Shown: positions 18,130 through 26,881, counted from the first letter of the stretch. The stretch is 53,052 nt of DNA from Dehalococcoidia bacterium UBA6808 (GCA_002452695.1 DKFA01000049.1:1-53052); one strand, 5' to 3'. Notes: generated from the sequence alone by a model not told the origin. Program-made: numbers and translations.

Positions 18130-18726
18130 ATGCAGGATAAACCGCTGGTCATTGTAATATCTGGCCCATCGGGTGTGGGCAAGGATGCCACGATCGCCAG
18201 TATGAAAAAATCCGGCGCCAGATTTCATTATGTTGTGACCGCCACGACAAGGGTCAGAAGGGAAGGCGAGACTGATGGAACGGACTACTACTTCCTCTCC
18301 CCCACTGATTTTGAGAACAAGATCAGGGCTGATGAGTTTCTGGAGTATGCCGAGGTCTACGGAAATTACTATGGCGTACTGAAGAAAGAGGTCGAGCTTG
18401 CGCTGAATAAGGGAGAGGATGTGATAATTAAGGTGGATGTTCAGGGAGCCAGGACACTAAAGAAAAAAATACCTGAGGCGGTTTTCATTTTTCTGGTGCC
18501 GCCGTCGATCGAAGAGCTGGCTGAGCGACTTACCAACCGCAACTCCGATTCGCAGAAAGACGTGGAAACAAGGCTGGGGAAGGCCGCCGAAGAGATGAAA
18601 ATGATCGAGATGTTCGATTACAGGGTGATCAACTATAGGGATGATCTCAGCCGTACTACGGATCTGGTGAAAGCTATTGTAAAAGCAGAAAAATGCAAGG
18701 TTGTCCAGCGTGATATTAAGCTGTGA
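18130..18726 (+). CDS. gmk: Guanylate kinase
   Basis: P-loop GPSGVGKD, TTR motif (ATTRVRREGE) and YYF are present. Confidence 0.92.
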   Translation: MQDKPLVIVISGPSGVGKDATIASMKKSGARFHYVVTATTRVRREGETDGTDYYFLSPTDFENKIRADEFLEYAEVYGNYYGVLKKEVELALNKGEDVIIKVDVQGARTLKKKIPEAVFIFLVPPSIEELAERLTNRNSDSQKDVETRLGKAAEEMKMIEMFDYRVINYRDDLSRTTDLVKAIVKAEKCKVVQRDIKL

Positions 18727-18781
18727 CCCTGTATTGTTCAGCAATCCTCGAGACAGTGGATCAATTCCTGGATGAACCGGC

Positions 18782-19288
18782 CTATTTATCATGCGTATGC
18801 GTTTTTGACTGTTTGACGAATGAAATAACGGTCTTTTCGCGGCGACTCATGATGCGGGCGTCCGAATCACAGTTATGATCGTAACCAAGCAGGTGCAACA
18901 TGCCATGTACTATCATCAATATCATTTCATCTTCGACAGGGACGCCACGCGCAGCAGCCTGGAAGACAACCCGGGGGAAGGAGATGACGATCTCGCCCAG
19001 GTTAATAATGCCGTCCTGTTCTGGCGGGAAGTCAATCTCTGCAGCATCTGCCGCCTTTTCTGTCAGAGCAAAGGAAAGTACATCCGTAGGGCTATCGATA
19101 CCCCTGTATTTGCGGTTCATTTGATGAATCTGTCTGTCATCGGTGATCATCAGGCTAACGGATACGGGCGCCGCTGTTTTTTCAGATGTGAGGACGGCCC
19201 TTATGATATTCTTCAGCCAAGTTCGGCTGAAGCTGCATCCCAGCCCGCGTTTGATTTTGATATCGATGACATGCGCAGTATTCTTCAT
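18782..19288 (-). CDS. ybeY: rRNA maturation endoribonuclease YbeY
   Basis: It carries the zinc motif HGMLHLLGYDH. Confidence 0.88.
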   Translation of the reverse strand: MKNTAHVIDIKIKRGLGCSFSRTWLKNIIRAVLTSEKTAAPVSVSLMITDDRQIHQMNRKYRGIDSPTDVLSFALTEKAADAAEIDFPPEQDGIINLGEIVISFPRVVFQAAARGVPVEDEMILMIVHGMLHLLGYDHNCDSDARIMSRREKTVISFVKQSKTHTHDK

Positions 19289-19406
19289 ACGGATTTATCA
19301 TAACAAAGAGCAACGTGTTACACAATCATTTACGTATCCGGTTTGCTTGAAAGAAGAGTAATGACTATGCTATATTTCATGGCGCACTTAAAACGTTCGT
19401 TTTGCT

Positions 19407-19495
19407 GGAGGGATCGCATAGTGGTCTAGTGCGGCCGCCTGCTAAGCGGTTGCCCCGGGTAACCGGGGTCAAGGGTTCGAATCCCTTTCCCTCCG
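19407..19495 (+). tRNA. tRNA-Ser (anticodon GCT), no encoded CCA
   Basis: Acceptor GGAGGGA/TCCCTCC, anticodon loop CTGCTAA, long variable arm (CCCCGGGTAACCGGGG), T-loop GGTTCGAATCC. Confidence 0.9.
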
Positions 19496-19664
19496 CCGTC
19501 ACTCTGCTTTACCTCTGCAAGAATTAATGAGTTCCATAAGAGCATCTGCACGATGTGCTTTAGCAAGATGAGATGGCTAAAAAGCAGTTAAACTACAGAA
19601 GGGAACGGTGGGAGAGACAAGAAAAAGCTAAAATGTTGGAACTGAAAAAACAGGTAACTGAAAG

Positions 19665-20945
19665 ATGAAATACTATATCTGGACAATTGGTTGCCAAATG
19701 AATAAGGCGGAGTCCCTGGATATCAGCGATTTTCTGGCATCCATGGATATGCAGCGCGTAAGCAAAGCTGCAGAAGCTGATATTGCCGTCCTTAACACTT
19801 GTGTGGTCAGGCAGAACGCGGAGGATAAGGTGACAGGCATGCTCGGTTACCTGAAAGGCATTTGGGCAGAGCACCCGGAGATGAAGATTGCGGTTACCGG
19901 CTGTTTTGTTACGGATGACCTGTCTGCTCTTAAACGGGCTTACCCGCATGTTAGCCTGTTCTTTCAACCAGGAGAAATAGGACGCTTTCAGGAATGGGTC
20001 CTGCAGGAATATGTCCAACAAAAAAGGCGTGTAAGGAAGATCGTCTCCCCCGTCAGTGTTTATATACCAATCATCCAGGGATGCAACAACTTTTGCTCAT
20101 ATTGCATCGTCCCGTACCGTCGCGGGAGGGAAAGGAGCCGAAGGCCTGAGGAGATATTAGAGCAAGCAGAAAAACTTGTGATGGGCGGCGCCAGGGAGAT
20201 CATTCTTGTGGGACAGAATGTGAATACGTACGGCAAGGACCTGGAGCGGAGCTGCAGCCTGGCAAATTTACTCTCCAGGCTGAGCGGGATCAAGGGTATT
20301 GAACGAATCAGGTTTCTCACTAATCACCCCAAGGATATGAGCAAGGATCTGATCGAGGCTATAGCAGCGTTACCCAATGTGTGTCATCATGCCTGCCTGC
20401 CGTTGCAGGCAGGTGATGACGCGATACTGAAGGCCATGAACCGCAATTATACAATGGCGGATTACTTGAGGCTGGTAGACAGAATACGTTCCAGAATAGG
20501 GGATATAGCTTTGAGCACAGATATTATCGTAGGATTCCCCGGAGAGACTGATGAACAATTCCGCACTACTTACCGGGCTATCGAAGAGATACAATTCACG
20601 GCAGTACATGTCGCAGCCTATTCTACCAGAACAGGGACTGCAGCCAGCCGGGAATATAAAGACAATGTTGAACATGGAGTGAAGCTGCAGCGGCTACACT
20701 CTATAGAGGAACTGCAGAGGGAAATATTAAACGTCTCCAACAACAAGATGATTGGCGCCGATGTAGAAATACTGGTAGAAGGACAGAAGAATGGGAAATG
20801 GTTCGGGCGCACCTATAGCGATAAGCTAGTCTTTTTTACCGCCGATGGCGATTATATGGGGAAAATGGTGGATGTTGAGGTAAAAACGGCTACTGCATGG
20901 GCGTTGCAGGGTGAGTTAACCAGAGTACATTGCTTTAACTGTTAA
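19665..20945 (+). CDS. miaB: tRNA-i6A37 methylthiotransferase MiaB
   Basis: The N-terminal UPF0004 cysteines (GCQMN, NTCVV, TGC), the radical-SAM motif CNNFCSYC and a C-terminal TRAM domain are present. Confidence 0.9.
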   Translation: MKYYIWTIGCQMNKAESLDISDFLASMDMQRVSKAAEADIAVLNTCVVRQNAEDKVTGMLGYLKGIWAEHPEMKIAVTGCFVTDDLSALKRAYPHVSLFFQPGEIGRFQEWVLQEYVQQKRRVRKIVSPVSVYIPIIQGCNNFCSYCIVPYRRGRERSRRPEEILEQAEKLVMGGAREIILVGQNVNTYGKDLERSCSLANLLSRLSGIKGIERIRFLTNHPKDMSKDLIEAIAALPNVCHHACLPLQAGDDAILKAMNRNYTMADYLRLVDRIRSRIGDIALSTDIIVGFPGETDEQFRTTYRAIEEIQFTAVHVAAYSTRTGTAASREYKDNVEHGVKLQRLHSIEELQREILNVSNNKMIGADVEILVEGQKNGKWFGRTYSDKLVFFTADGDYMGKMVDVEVKTATAWALQGELTRVHCFNC

Positions 20946-20984
20946 AGTATTGTCACGGGTCTTGACAAAGCATAATTATATTGT

Positions 20985-21011
20985 GTACACTTGTTTTAAG
21001 AACAAGTGTAC
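20985..21011. promoter_or_regulatory. Candidate LexA operator (SOS box) upstream of lexA
   Basis: GTACACTTGTT-TTAAG-AACAAGTGTAC has 11-bp perfect inverted arms. The right half GAAC-AAGT-GTAC resembles the Gram-positive type GAAC-N4-GTTC box. It ends 19 nt before the lexA ATG. Confidence 0.55.
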
Positions 21012-21029
21012 GATATAAAAAGGTGAATT

Positions 21030-21656
21030 ATGAGAAAACCGGGAGTAAATCAAACGCGTCGGAAGATCATCAATTTCATCAGGGAATATTATGATGAAAA
21101 GGGGTATGCCCCTGCTGTCAGGGATATCATGAAGGGTTGTGAACTTAGTTCGACTGCTGTTGTTCAGCATCACCTGAAGGTGTTGGAGAGCGAACACCAG
21201 ATCGAGCGAGATTCCAAGGTATTTCGCAGCATTCAGTTGCCTGACAGAAAGAGTACCATACGTGTTCCGGTGCTGGGAACGATTGCTGCCGGTTCCCCTA
21301 TCCCGGTACTTGCTTCTGATACCTGGCATACGGAGGCGGTGGACACGCTGGAACTGTCAGGTGAGATTACCAGAGGCAAAGACGTTTTTGCGCTGAGGGT
21401 AAGCGGCCAGTCAATGATTGATGCCCTCATAGATGATGGGGATATCGTGTTACTGGAGCCGGTTAAGAGGGCTGACAATGGCGATATGGTAGCCGCATGG
21501 CTGATAAAAGAGGAAGAGGTTACGCTGAAAAGGTTTTTCAAAGAGGATGGAAAAGTCAGGCTGCAGCCGGCCAATACACAGATGAAACCGATCTATACGG
21601 ACTCTTCCAATATATCGATCCAGGGACGTGTGGTGGCAGTGATAAGGACCCTGTAG
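21030..21656 (+). CDS. lexA: LexA repressor
   Basis: It has an N-terminal winged HTH, an Ala-Gly cleavage site (IAAGSP), Ser (GQSM) and Lys (VTLKRF). Confidence 0.9.
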   Translation: MRKPGVNQTRRKIINFIREYYDEKGYAPAVRDIMKGCELSSTAVVQHHLKVLESEHQIERDSKVFRSIQLPDRKSTIRVPVLGTIAAGSPIPVLASDTWHTEAVDTLELSGEITRGKDVFALRVSGQSMIDALIDDGDIVLLEPVKRADNGDMVAAWLIKEEEVTLKRFFKEDGKVRLQPANTQMKPIYTDSSNISIQGRVVAVIRTL

Positions 21657-23111
21657 CTATTTACGGGAAGCATGCACGCCTTCCCAGTAAGCGCTGACAT
21701 TATTCAGCGCCCTGATGGCCCTGTACATGGAGGGCACAACGTAAATTCCGGCTCTGAGCAGTTCATCACGAACCTGGCGGCGCGACAATTCCATGCCTAT
21801 TCTGTCCTGTCCTGTTGCAAGCTCTTCCAATACCAGTATGATGGGCTTGCGAGCCTCTTTCTGTTTGAATTCGATGATGGCGTTGAGCCTGTGCATCTGC
21901 TCGGGATAATCTTCGCCCATCAGTTCCTTCATGCCGTAGAAGAACATACGATTGATGATGAGGGCGTCGATCTTGTCCCAGTCGTGGGCAACTTTCATAA
22001 CATATTGCAGGATGATAGCCGGAGCAGAAGGGGCGCCGATATCGAAGGGGTTCTTGTTGCCGGTCCCTTGCGCCGGCAGGTATCTGGCGATGGTTTCGAT
22101 CACTTCAGGTGAGGAGTGCGGTATGTTCATATTGAAGACTTCGGAGATATCGCCAGCTGAGACGCCCACTCCTCCACCTCCTCCAATAATGGCCAGGTTT
22201 CTATATTCGCCCTCGGGGATATAGTGGAAGGCTGCCAGCGTATCGAGAAGCTCTTCGAAGCTGTTGGCCTGAACTGCGCCCGACTGTTTAAAAAAAGCTT
22301 CCCAGATCTTACGGTCGCCTGCCATGGACCCGGTATGGCTGCTGACAGCCCTTTTACCCGTGTCGGAAAGCCCGCCTTTCCATATGACCACGGGTTTCCT
22401 GCCTCTCAGGCTGCGTACCAGATGGGTGAAACAGCGTCCGTCAGTGACGCCCTCCAGATAGGCGCCTATGATAGCAGTCTCAGAATCAGCGGCAAAATAC
22501 TCCATAAGAGAAATTTCATTGAGGTCAACACCGTTGCCGTAGCTGACGGCCTTGCTGAAAAACACATTAAAACCATCCGATCCCCAGATCAGATCGGTGA
22601 CCCAGCCTCCACTCTGCGCCATAATACCGATATCCCCACTTTGTTTAGGATAGTTCGCGCCGGGCTGTAATGTAAGACCGCCTTCAGGCGAGTAGACTCC
22701 AAAGCAATTAGGACCAACGATCCGCATTTTGCCGCGGGCCAGTTTCATTATTTCCTGTTCAAGCAGCCAGCCCGCTTCATTAATTTCACGAAAGCCAGCG
22801 GAAAAAATCTCAGCAGTGGGAATACCCTTGGCTACGCAATCAGCGATTATACCGGGTACTTTAGCAGCTGGCGCACAAATTATGGCCATATCTATCTCGC
22901 CAGGTATATCTTTAACGCTGGCGTAGGCTTTCAATCCGCGAATCTCCGCAGCAGCGGGGTGGACAAGATAGATCTTACCTTTGTATCCATAGATCTGAAA
23001 GGCTTTGAGGAACTGGTTGCCAGCGTTATCATCCCTGGTGGAAACGCCGAAAAAGGCTACAGAGCGCGGACAAAACAAAGGCTCCAATTGTTTGTGTAAA
23101 TCAGGCTGCAT
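21657..23111 (-). CDS. Acyl-CoA synthetase (NDP-forming) alpha-type subunit / CoA-binding protein
   Basis: It has a CoA-binding Rossmann N-terminus (PRSVAFFGVS...), a succinyl-CoA-ligase-like domain and the phospho-His motif SSHTGSMAG. I prefer the ATG at 23111 (MQPDLHKQ). Confidence 0.75.
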   Translation of the reverse strand: MQPDLHKQLEPLFCPRSVAFFGVSTRDDNAGNQFLKAFQIYGYKGKIYLVHPAAAEIRGLKAYASVKDIPGEIDMAIICAPAAKVPGIIADCVAKGIPTAEIFSAGFREINEAGWLLEQEIMKLARGKMRIVGPNCFGVYSPEGGLTLQPGANYPKQSGDIGIMAQSGGWVTDLIWGSDGFNVFFSKAVSYGNGVDLNEISLMEYFAADSETAIIGAYLEGVTDGRCFTHLVRSLRGRKPVVIWKGGLSDTGKRAVSSHTGSMAGDRKIWEAFFKQSGAVQANSFEELLDTLAAFHYIPEGEYRNLAIIGGGGGVGVSAGDISEVFNMNIPHSSPEVIETIARYLPAQGTGNKNPFDIGAPSAPAIILQYVMKVAHDWDKIDALIINRMFFYGMKELMGEDYPEQMHRLNAIIEFKQKEARKPIILVLEELATGQDRIGMELSRRQVRDELLRAGIYVVPSMYRAIRALNNVSAYWEGVHASRK

Positions 23112-23170
23112 GGTCAGACACCCCCTTGAACAAGTAAGAAATGATAACACACATCAATAAAACAATGTAA

Positions 23171-23202
23171 TAAAAACGAGGAAGGCGTGGTAAACGCCTT
23201 CC
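23171..23202 (-). terminator. Rho-independent terminator downstream of the solute-binding-protein fragment
   Basis: On the minus strand, the hairpin GGAAGGCG-7 nt-CGCCTTCC is followed by TCGTTTTTA. Confidence 0.55.
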
Positions 23203-23230
23203 CCGCAATCAGGCAGTATATAGCCTCCCG

Positions 23231-23625
23231 TTATTTAATTCCTGCTTCGGCACGCAACTGTTTGGGTGTTTTGTAGAGGTCAGGGCGGACATATTTCTTT
23301 TGCATTTCGCCCTCCTGCGTCTGGAGCAGGATATACTTATCAGAGGCCTGGATCTGGGTATACGGGCAGTGGTAATCGGGTTTGGCAAATTCATACACGT
23401 TATCAGGATTAGCTATGATGCCGAAATGAAACCAGGGATCCTTCTTAACACCCCAGAAGCCGGATGTGCCTATCGGGCCGGCTATCGTTTCAGTCTCCAG
23501 CGCGTTGATGATCTTGTCGATATCACCGGTTCCGCCGGCCTTTTCTATGGCATTCTTGGCGGTGTAGATATCAGTGTAGGCGAGCAGTACGTGGAATTGA
23601 ACAGGTATGCCGTATCCCTGAATGG
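23231..23625 (-). pseudogene. 3' fragment (about 130 codons) of a periplasmic solute-binding protein gene (type-1 PBP, Liv-like); N-terminal two-thirds missing
   Basis: My own translation of the minus strand gives an open frame with no start codon: SIQGYGIPVQFHVLLAYTDIYTAKNAIEKAGGTGDIDKIINALETETIAGPIGTSGFWGVKKDPWFHFGIIANPDNVYEFAKPDYHCPYTQIQASDKYILLQTQEGEMQKKYVRPDLYKTPKQLRAEAGIK*. An in-frame TAA lies immediately upstream. It resembles C-termini of ABC substrate-binding proteins. Confidence 0.6.
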
Positions 23626-23779
23626 ATTATTGGAAGCTGAAAACAAACACTTTAGATAAGGAATATAAATCGTTTTTTATGCTGATTATGTAAATATCAT
23701 GGAAAAACCGTGCCCAGCCTGCTGGACGTTAAAAAAACCTGTCAAGAGCCGGCTGGCTAATAATAATGAACTGCAAGGC

Positions 23780-23808
23780 TTGACATTTTGAACTGCCAGG
23801 GTCATACT
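23780..23808 (+). promoter_or_regulatory. Candidate promoter for the 23868 gene
   Basis: TTGACA, 17 nt spacer, then CATACT. It is followed by two AGTACT palindromes. Confidence 0.35.
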
Positions 23809-23867
23809 AAATAGTACTATAGTACTGGTACGTATTTCCCACCCCTGAGGCAAGGGTAGGGGAAGAA

Positions 23868-24287
23868 ATGAAAATCAAGTTGATCTGGATAGCGGGCATT
23901 ACACTTATCGGCCTATTCATGATTGGCATGCTGGCTGCAATGCCAAGATTCTCCAACGCTGATTCTTCGTTATCGCCCGTTTCAGCAGGCGACATTATCA
24001 AGACCTATCAGAATGCTTTGCTGGGCCCGTTAAATAAGGCAGCAAGTGAAGTTAAGGACCCGGAGATCTCTGTTTTTTCGCAGAATCTGATTAAATCCTA
24101 TGAACTGGAAACGGTCGGTTCAGGCGGCGCCGCCAATACAGAGATGTCAGACCTGGTACCGGATATTGCCAGAATTCAGAAGACGGCATTGAATACCACC
24201 TTAAAGGAAGCCGGTAAACAGCTAAAAGACAAAGATCTATCCGATTTCTATCATAGTTTCATAACCAAATGCGGTGTAGATAAATAA
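23868..24287 (+). CDS. Hypothetical membrane-anchored or secreted protein (139 aa)
   Basis: The N-terminus has a hydrophobic signal/anchor (KLIWIAGITLIGLFMIGMLAAM). I recognise no family. The gene is lower in GC. Confidence 0.5.
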   Translation: MKIKLIWIAGITLIGLFMIGMLAAMPRFSNADSSLSPVSAGDIIKTYQNALLGPLNKAASEVKDPEISVFSQNLIKSYELETVGSGGAANTEMSDLVPDIARIQKTALNTTLKEAGKQLKDKDLSDFYHSFITKCGVDK

Positions 24288-24402
24288 CATTTTTCCGGTC
24301 GTGCCCACTATTCAAATCCACCCTTCCGAAATTTCTGCATACCTGAACAATTTGCTGTTGACCGTAAGCTTCATCAGGATTTAATATTTTCTGCGACAAA
24401 CC

Positions 24403-26187
24403 ATGTTTAAGATCAAACTTATTTACCTGGCCATCATCGTTCTAATTGTTACAGGTTGCGAAGTAAGCAGCATTTATTATCCTGCCGATATCAATGACAA
24501 CCCGAGCAGTCAGGCCCACATCCGACCAATTGAAACGCGTGATTATTCAGGAGACAGGGGCGCCATTATATTTGCAATTAATCATGTTGGAGAAAAAAGC
24601 CTGAGACCTGTTATAGACCGTATTATCAGGATATTTGCCGAACAGGAGGCGCCGGTCGACATTGAAATCAGTATCCCTCGGGAAGTCAAAGGAGTTGATG
24701 CTTATGCTTTTCTGGTTCCCTATTCGGATGCAGGGGTGATCGATGTCAACCTGGACGGATCGGATATCTCCTGGCTGGATGCTGATTCTGCCAACGGGGA
24801 AAATGCTTATACCGGATTAAAAGCAGAATTGAGCAGGGACTATACTATTATCGACAGTTTATTCGGGACTTCTCCTGCAGCTTGTACGATGCCGTATGAG
24901 CGATTCAATGAGTATAACTACAAGCTGCTGCAAGACAGCGGCTTTTCTATTATCAGCTCTTTTGAGAAAGGCGGGTACAAAGCATCACGACAACCGGTCA
25001 CATGGGTGGGAAAGGTTGATGATAAAGGCCTGTACAGGCTACCTGTCGTTGCCGAGATCAGTTACCCGGTTTTAAACCAATCGGTGGGTTCATCAGCCGG
25101 GGCTTTGACGCAGGAGAATACAGAATACCTGGAAAGTATAGTGGGGAGCATTAAAAGTTTTGGGGTGGCTGTGATTACACTTGATCCAGGATCGTTCACT
25201 GGTATGGACGGTAAACCCGACGACATGAAAATTGCGCAGTTGAAGGAATTGATCAGGCAAAGTCGCGCTCATGGCGAAATAGTGACCTTCACCGGTTGGA
25301 AGAGGTATGCCGACCGCTATATAGGCATCAGGCAGACACAAAACAGGGTGCTGCCTGCATATAACGGAGGCCCGGCTGTTATATTCAGGTTGGACGATGT
25401 TACGAAAGGCTGGTATGAAGAAGCGGTTAAGTCGTTGATCGAAGTATACAAGAAAAATGGTGTTCCGCTTGATTGCGGAGTTATTTCCAATGCCGGCGGG
25501 AGCAACTCCTTCGAGTTGCCCTGGCTGAAAAAATACCATGACGAAGGCGCGGTTGGAATAAGCGTACATGGTTTTGACTGGACCTACTACCAACTGGACA
25601 CCTCGAAGTCAGGCCTTAGCTACGAACAGATAAGGTTCAAGCTGCAAAAAGCCAGGGACATGTACCGCAACTACTATGGTGTCGCGCCTGTAAGCTTCAC
25701 GGTACCCACTGATTTCTACGATCGTGACGGCTATAATGCCGTAAGAGATGCGGGATTTAGAATATTTGCGACTCAGATTGCGGTTGATCCCCATCCATCA
25801 ACGGTTCCTGTTGATTTCGACGGAAGGAAAGACCCCCATGGCATGTACAGGCTGCCTACGGCATGCGACGTCAGCATATGGGAAAATGAAAAATTCGCTG
25901 ATGTGTACGATGTCAGCAAGCTGGCAACAGTGGATGATTACTGCAGGTACTACGAAGCACTCTCAACAACAATGACAGATGATCAATTCGGTTATATGGT
26001 TTGCAGTGAACTCAGGATGCTTAATGTTGCGGTAATCAGCCTGCACCCCAGTGCGTTTGTAACAGATAAAGGGAAGCTTGATCAATCCAGGATCGACAGA
26101 GTTGATGCCATCGTCAAATGGGTGAAGACCTTTGCCACGATTACAACCTTTGAGCAATGGTATAATTTCTATTCAATTGCCAGGTAG
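24403..26187 (+). CDS. Lipoprotein with two tandem polysaccharide-deacetylase (NodB-like)-related domains
   Basis: The signal peptide carries a lipobox (LIVTGC). Domain 2 has FRLDDV and SVHGFDW motifs typical of deacetylase-fold proteins. Domain 1 is a divergent copy (see findings). Confidence 0.6.
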   Translation: MFKIKLIYLAIIVLIVTGCEVSSIYYPADINDNPSSQAHIRPIETRDYSGDRGAIIFAINHVGEKSLRPVIDRIIRIFAEQEAPVDIEISIPREVKGVDAYAFLVPYSDAGVIDVNLDGSDISWLDADSANGENAYTGLKAELSRDYTIIDSLFGTSPAACTMPYERFNEYNYKLLQDSGFSIISSFEKGGYKASRQPVTWVGKVDDKGLYRLPVVAEISYPVLNQSVGSSAGALTQENTEYLESIVGSIKSFGVAVITLDPGSFTGMDGKPDDMKIAQLKELIRQSRAHGEIVTFTGWKRYADRYIGIRQTQNRVLPAYNGGPAVIFRLDDVTKGWYEEAVKSLIEVYKKNGVPLDCGVISNAGGSNSFELPWLKKYHDEGAVGISVHGFDWTYYQLDTSKSGLSYEQIRFKLQKARDMYRNYYGVAPVSFTVPTDFYDRDGYNAVRDAGFRIFATQIAVDPHPSTVPVDFDGRKDPHGMYRLPTACDVSIWENEKFADVYDVSKLATVDDYCRYYEALSTTMTDDQFGYMVCSELRMLNVAVISLHPSAFVTDKGKLDQSRIDRVDAIVKWVKTFATITTFEQWYNFYSIAR

Positions 26188-26364
26188 AAGAAGCAGGAGA
26201 GGTAAGCGGCGAGATAAATGCTTTTTTATTGCCTGATGCTGATGAACTCTGCCAGCGCGCCGGCCTCTCCGGAAGATGGGGGATTTTCGTGTGCCGCGAT
26301 ATAAGGAACGTGGAAGTATATATACTGTGGCTGAAAGAAAAAGGGCTATCTTAAAGCTCCGGGG

Positions 26365-26601
26365 TTATTTAAGCCACTCCATATATGAACTGAACTGAAT
26401 CAGGCCATTGGTGAAAAGGCTGAAAGCGCCGACAAATGAAATGATGGCAAAAGACAGGATAATGACAGCAATTACTATCGAGACTGTGTCCCTGTTTTTC
26501 AGGCCATTGCGCAGGAACCAGATTCCCATAGGCGACAGCAACAGACCGATGATGGTACAAATAACACCAAGAGCGACATTAAGTTTTTGAATCCATTCCA
26601 C
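26365..26601 (-). CDS. Small membrane protein (78 aa, two predicted TM helices), hypothetical
   Basis: There are two long hydrophobic stretches (VALGVICTIIGLLLSPMGIWF and IVIAVIILSFAIISFVGAFSLF). Confidence 0.45.
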   Translation of the reverse strand: MEWIQKLNVALGVICTIIGLLLSPMGIWFLRNGLKNRDTVSIVIAVIILSFAIISFVGAFSLFTNGLIQFSSYMEWLK

Positions 26602-26631
26602 GCTATCTATCTCCGCCTATCCGTACCGGCT

Positions 26632-26832
26632 TCATCTAGACGTTCTGACAAGTCTAACACGTCCCACCTGGCCCGTAACCAGCCTGACCTTGATGCCGCG
26701 AGGATGTACAGATGACCTGGTCAATATATCCTGTACCACTCCATCGGTCAGTCTGCCTGATTTCTGGTCTTCCTTCATTACAATTGAGACTCGCAGGCCC
26801 GGCGCAATACTGGCTCGCTCTGTAATACTCAT
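26632..26832 (-). CDS. YwbE-family small protein
   Basis: The 66-aa protein contains GLRVSIVMKEDQKSGRLTDGVVQDILT...HPRGIKVRL..G.VGRV, which matches my memory of the YwbE family. Confidence 0.7.
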   Translation of the reverse strand: MSITERASIAPGLRVSIVMKEDQKSGRLTDGVVQDILTRSSVHPRGIKVRLVTGQVGRVRLVRTSR

Positions 26833-26881
26833 TTGATTAATGATACAGTCTTAAGCCGGATTAAACAAAGCATCCTGAATA

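Noticed and set aside
23300-23659. The 119-aa plus-strand ORF in the region between the ACD-like gene and the 23868 gene.
   Set aside because: It is antisense to the much more protein-like solute-binding-protein fragment and has no RBS or recognisable motif.
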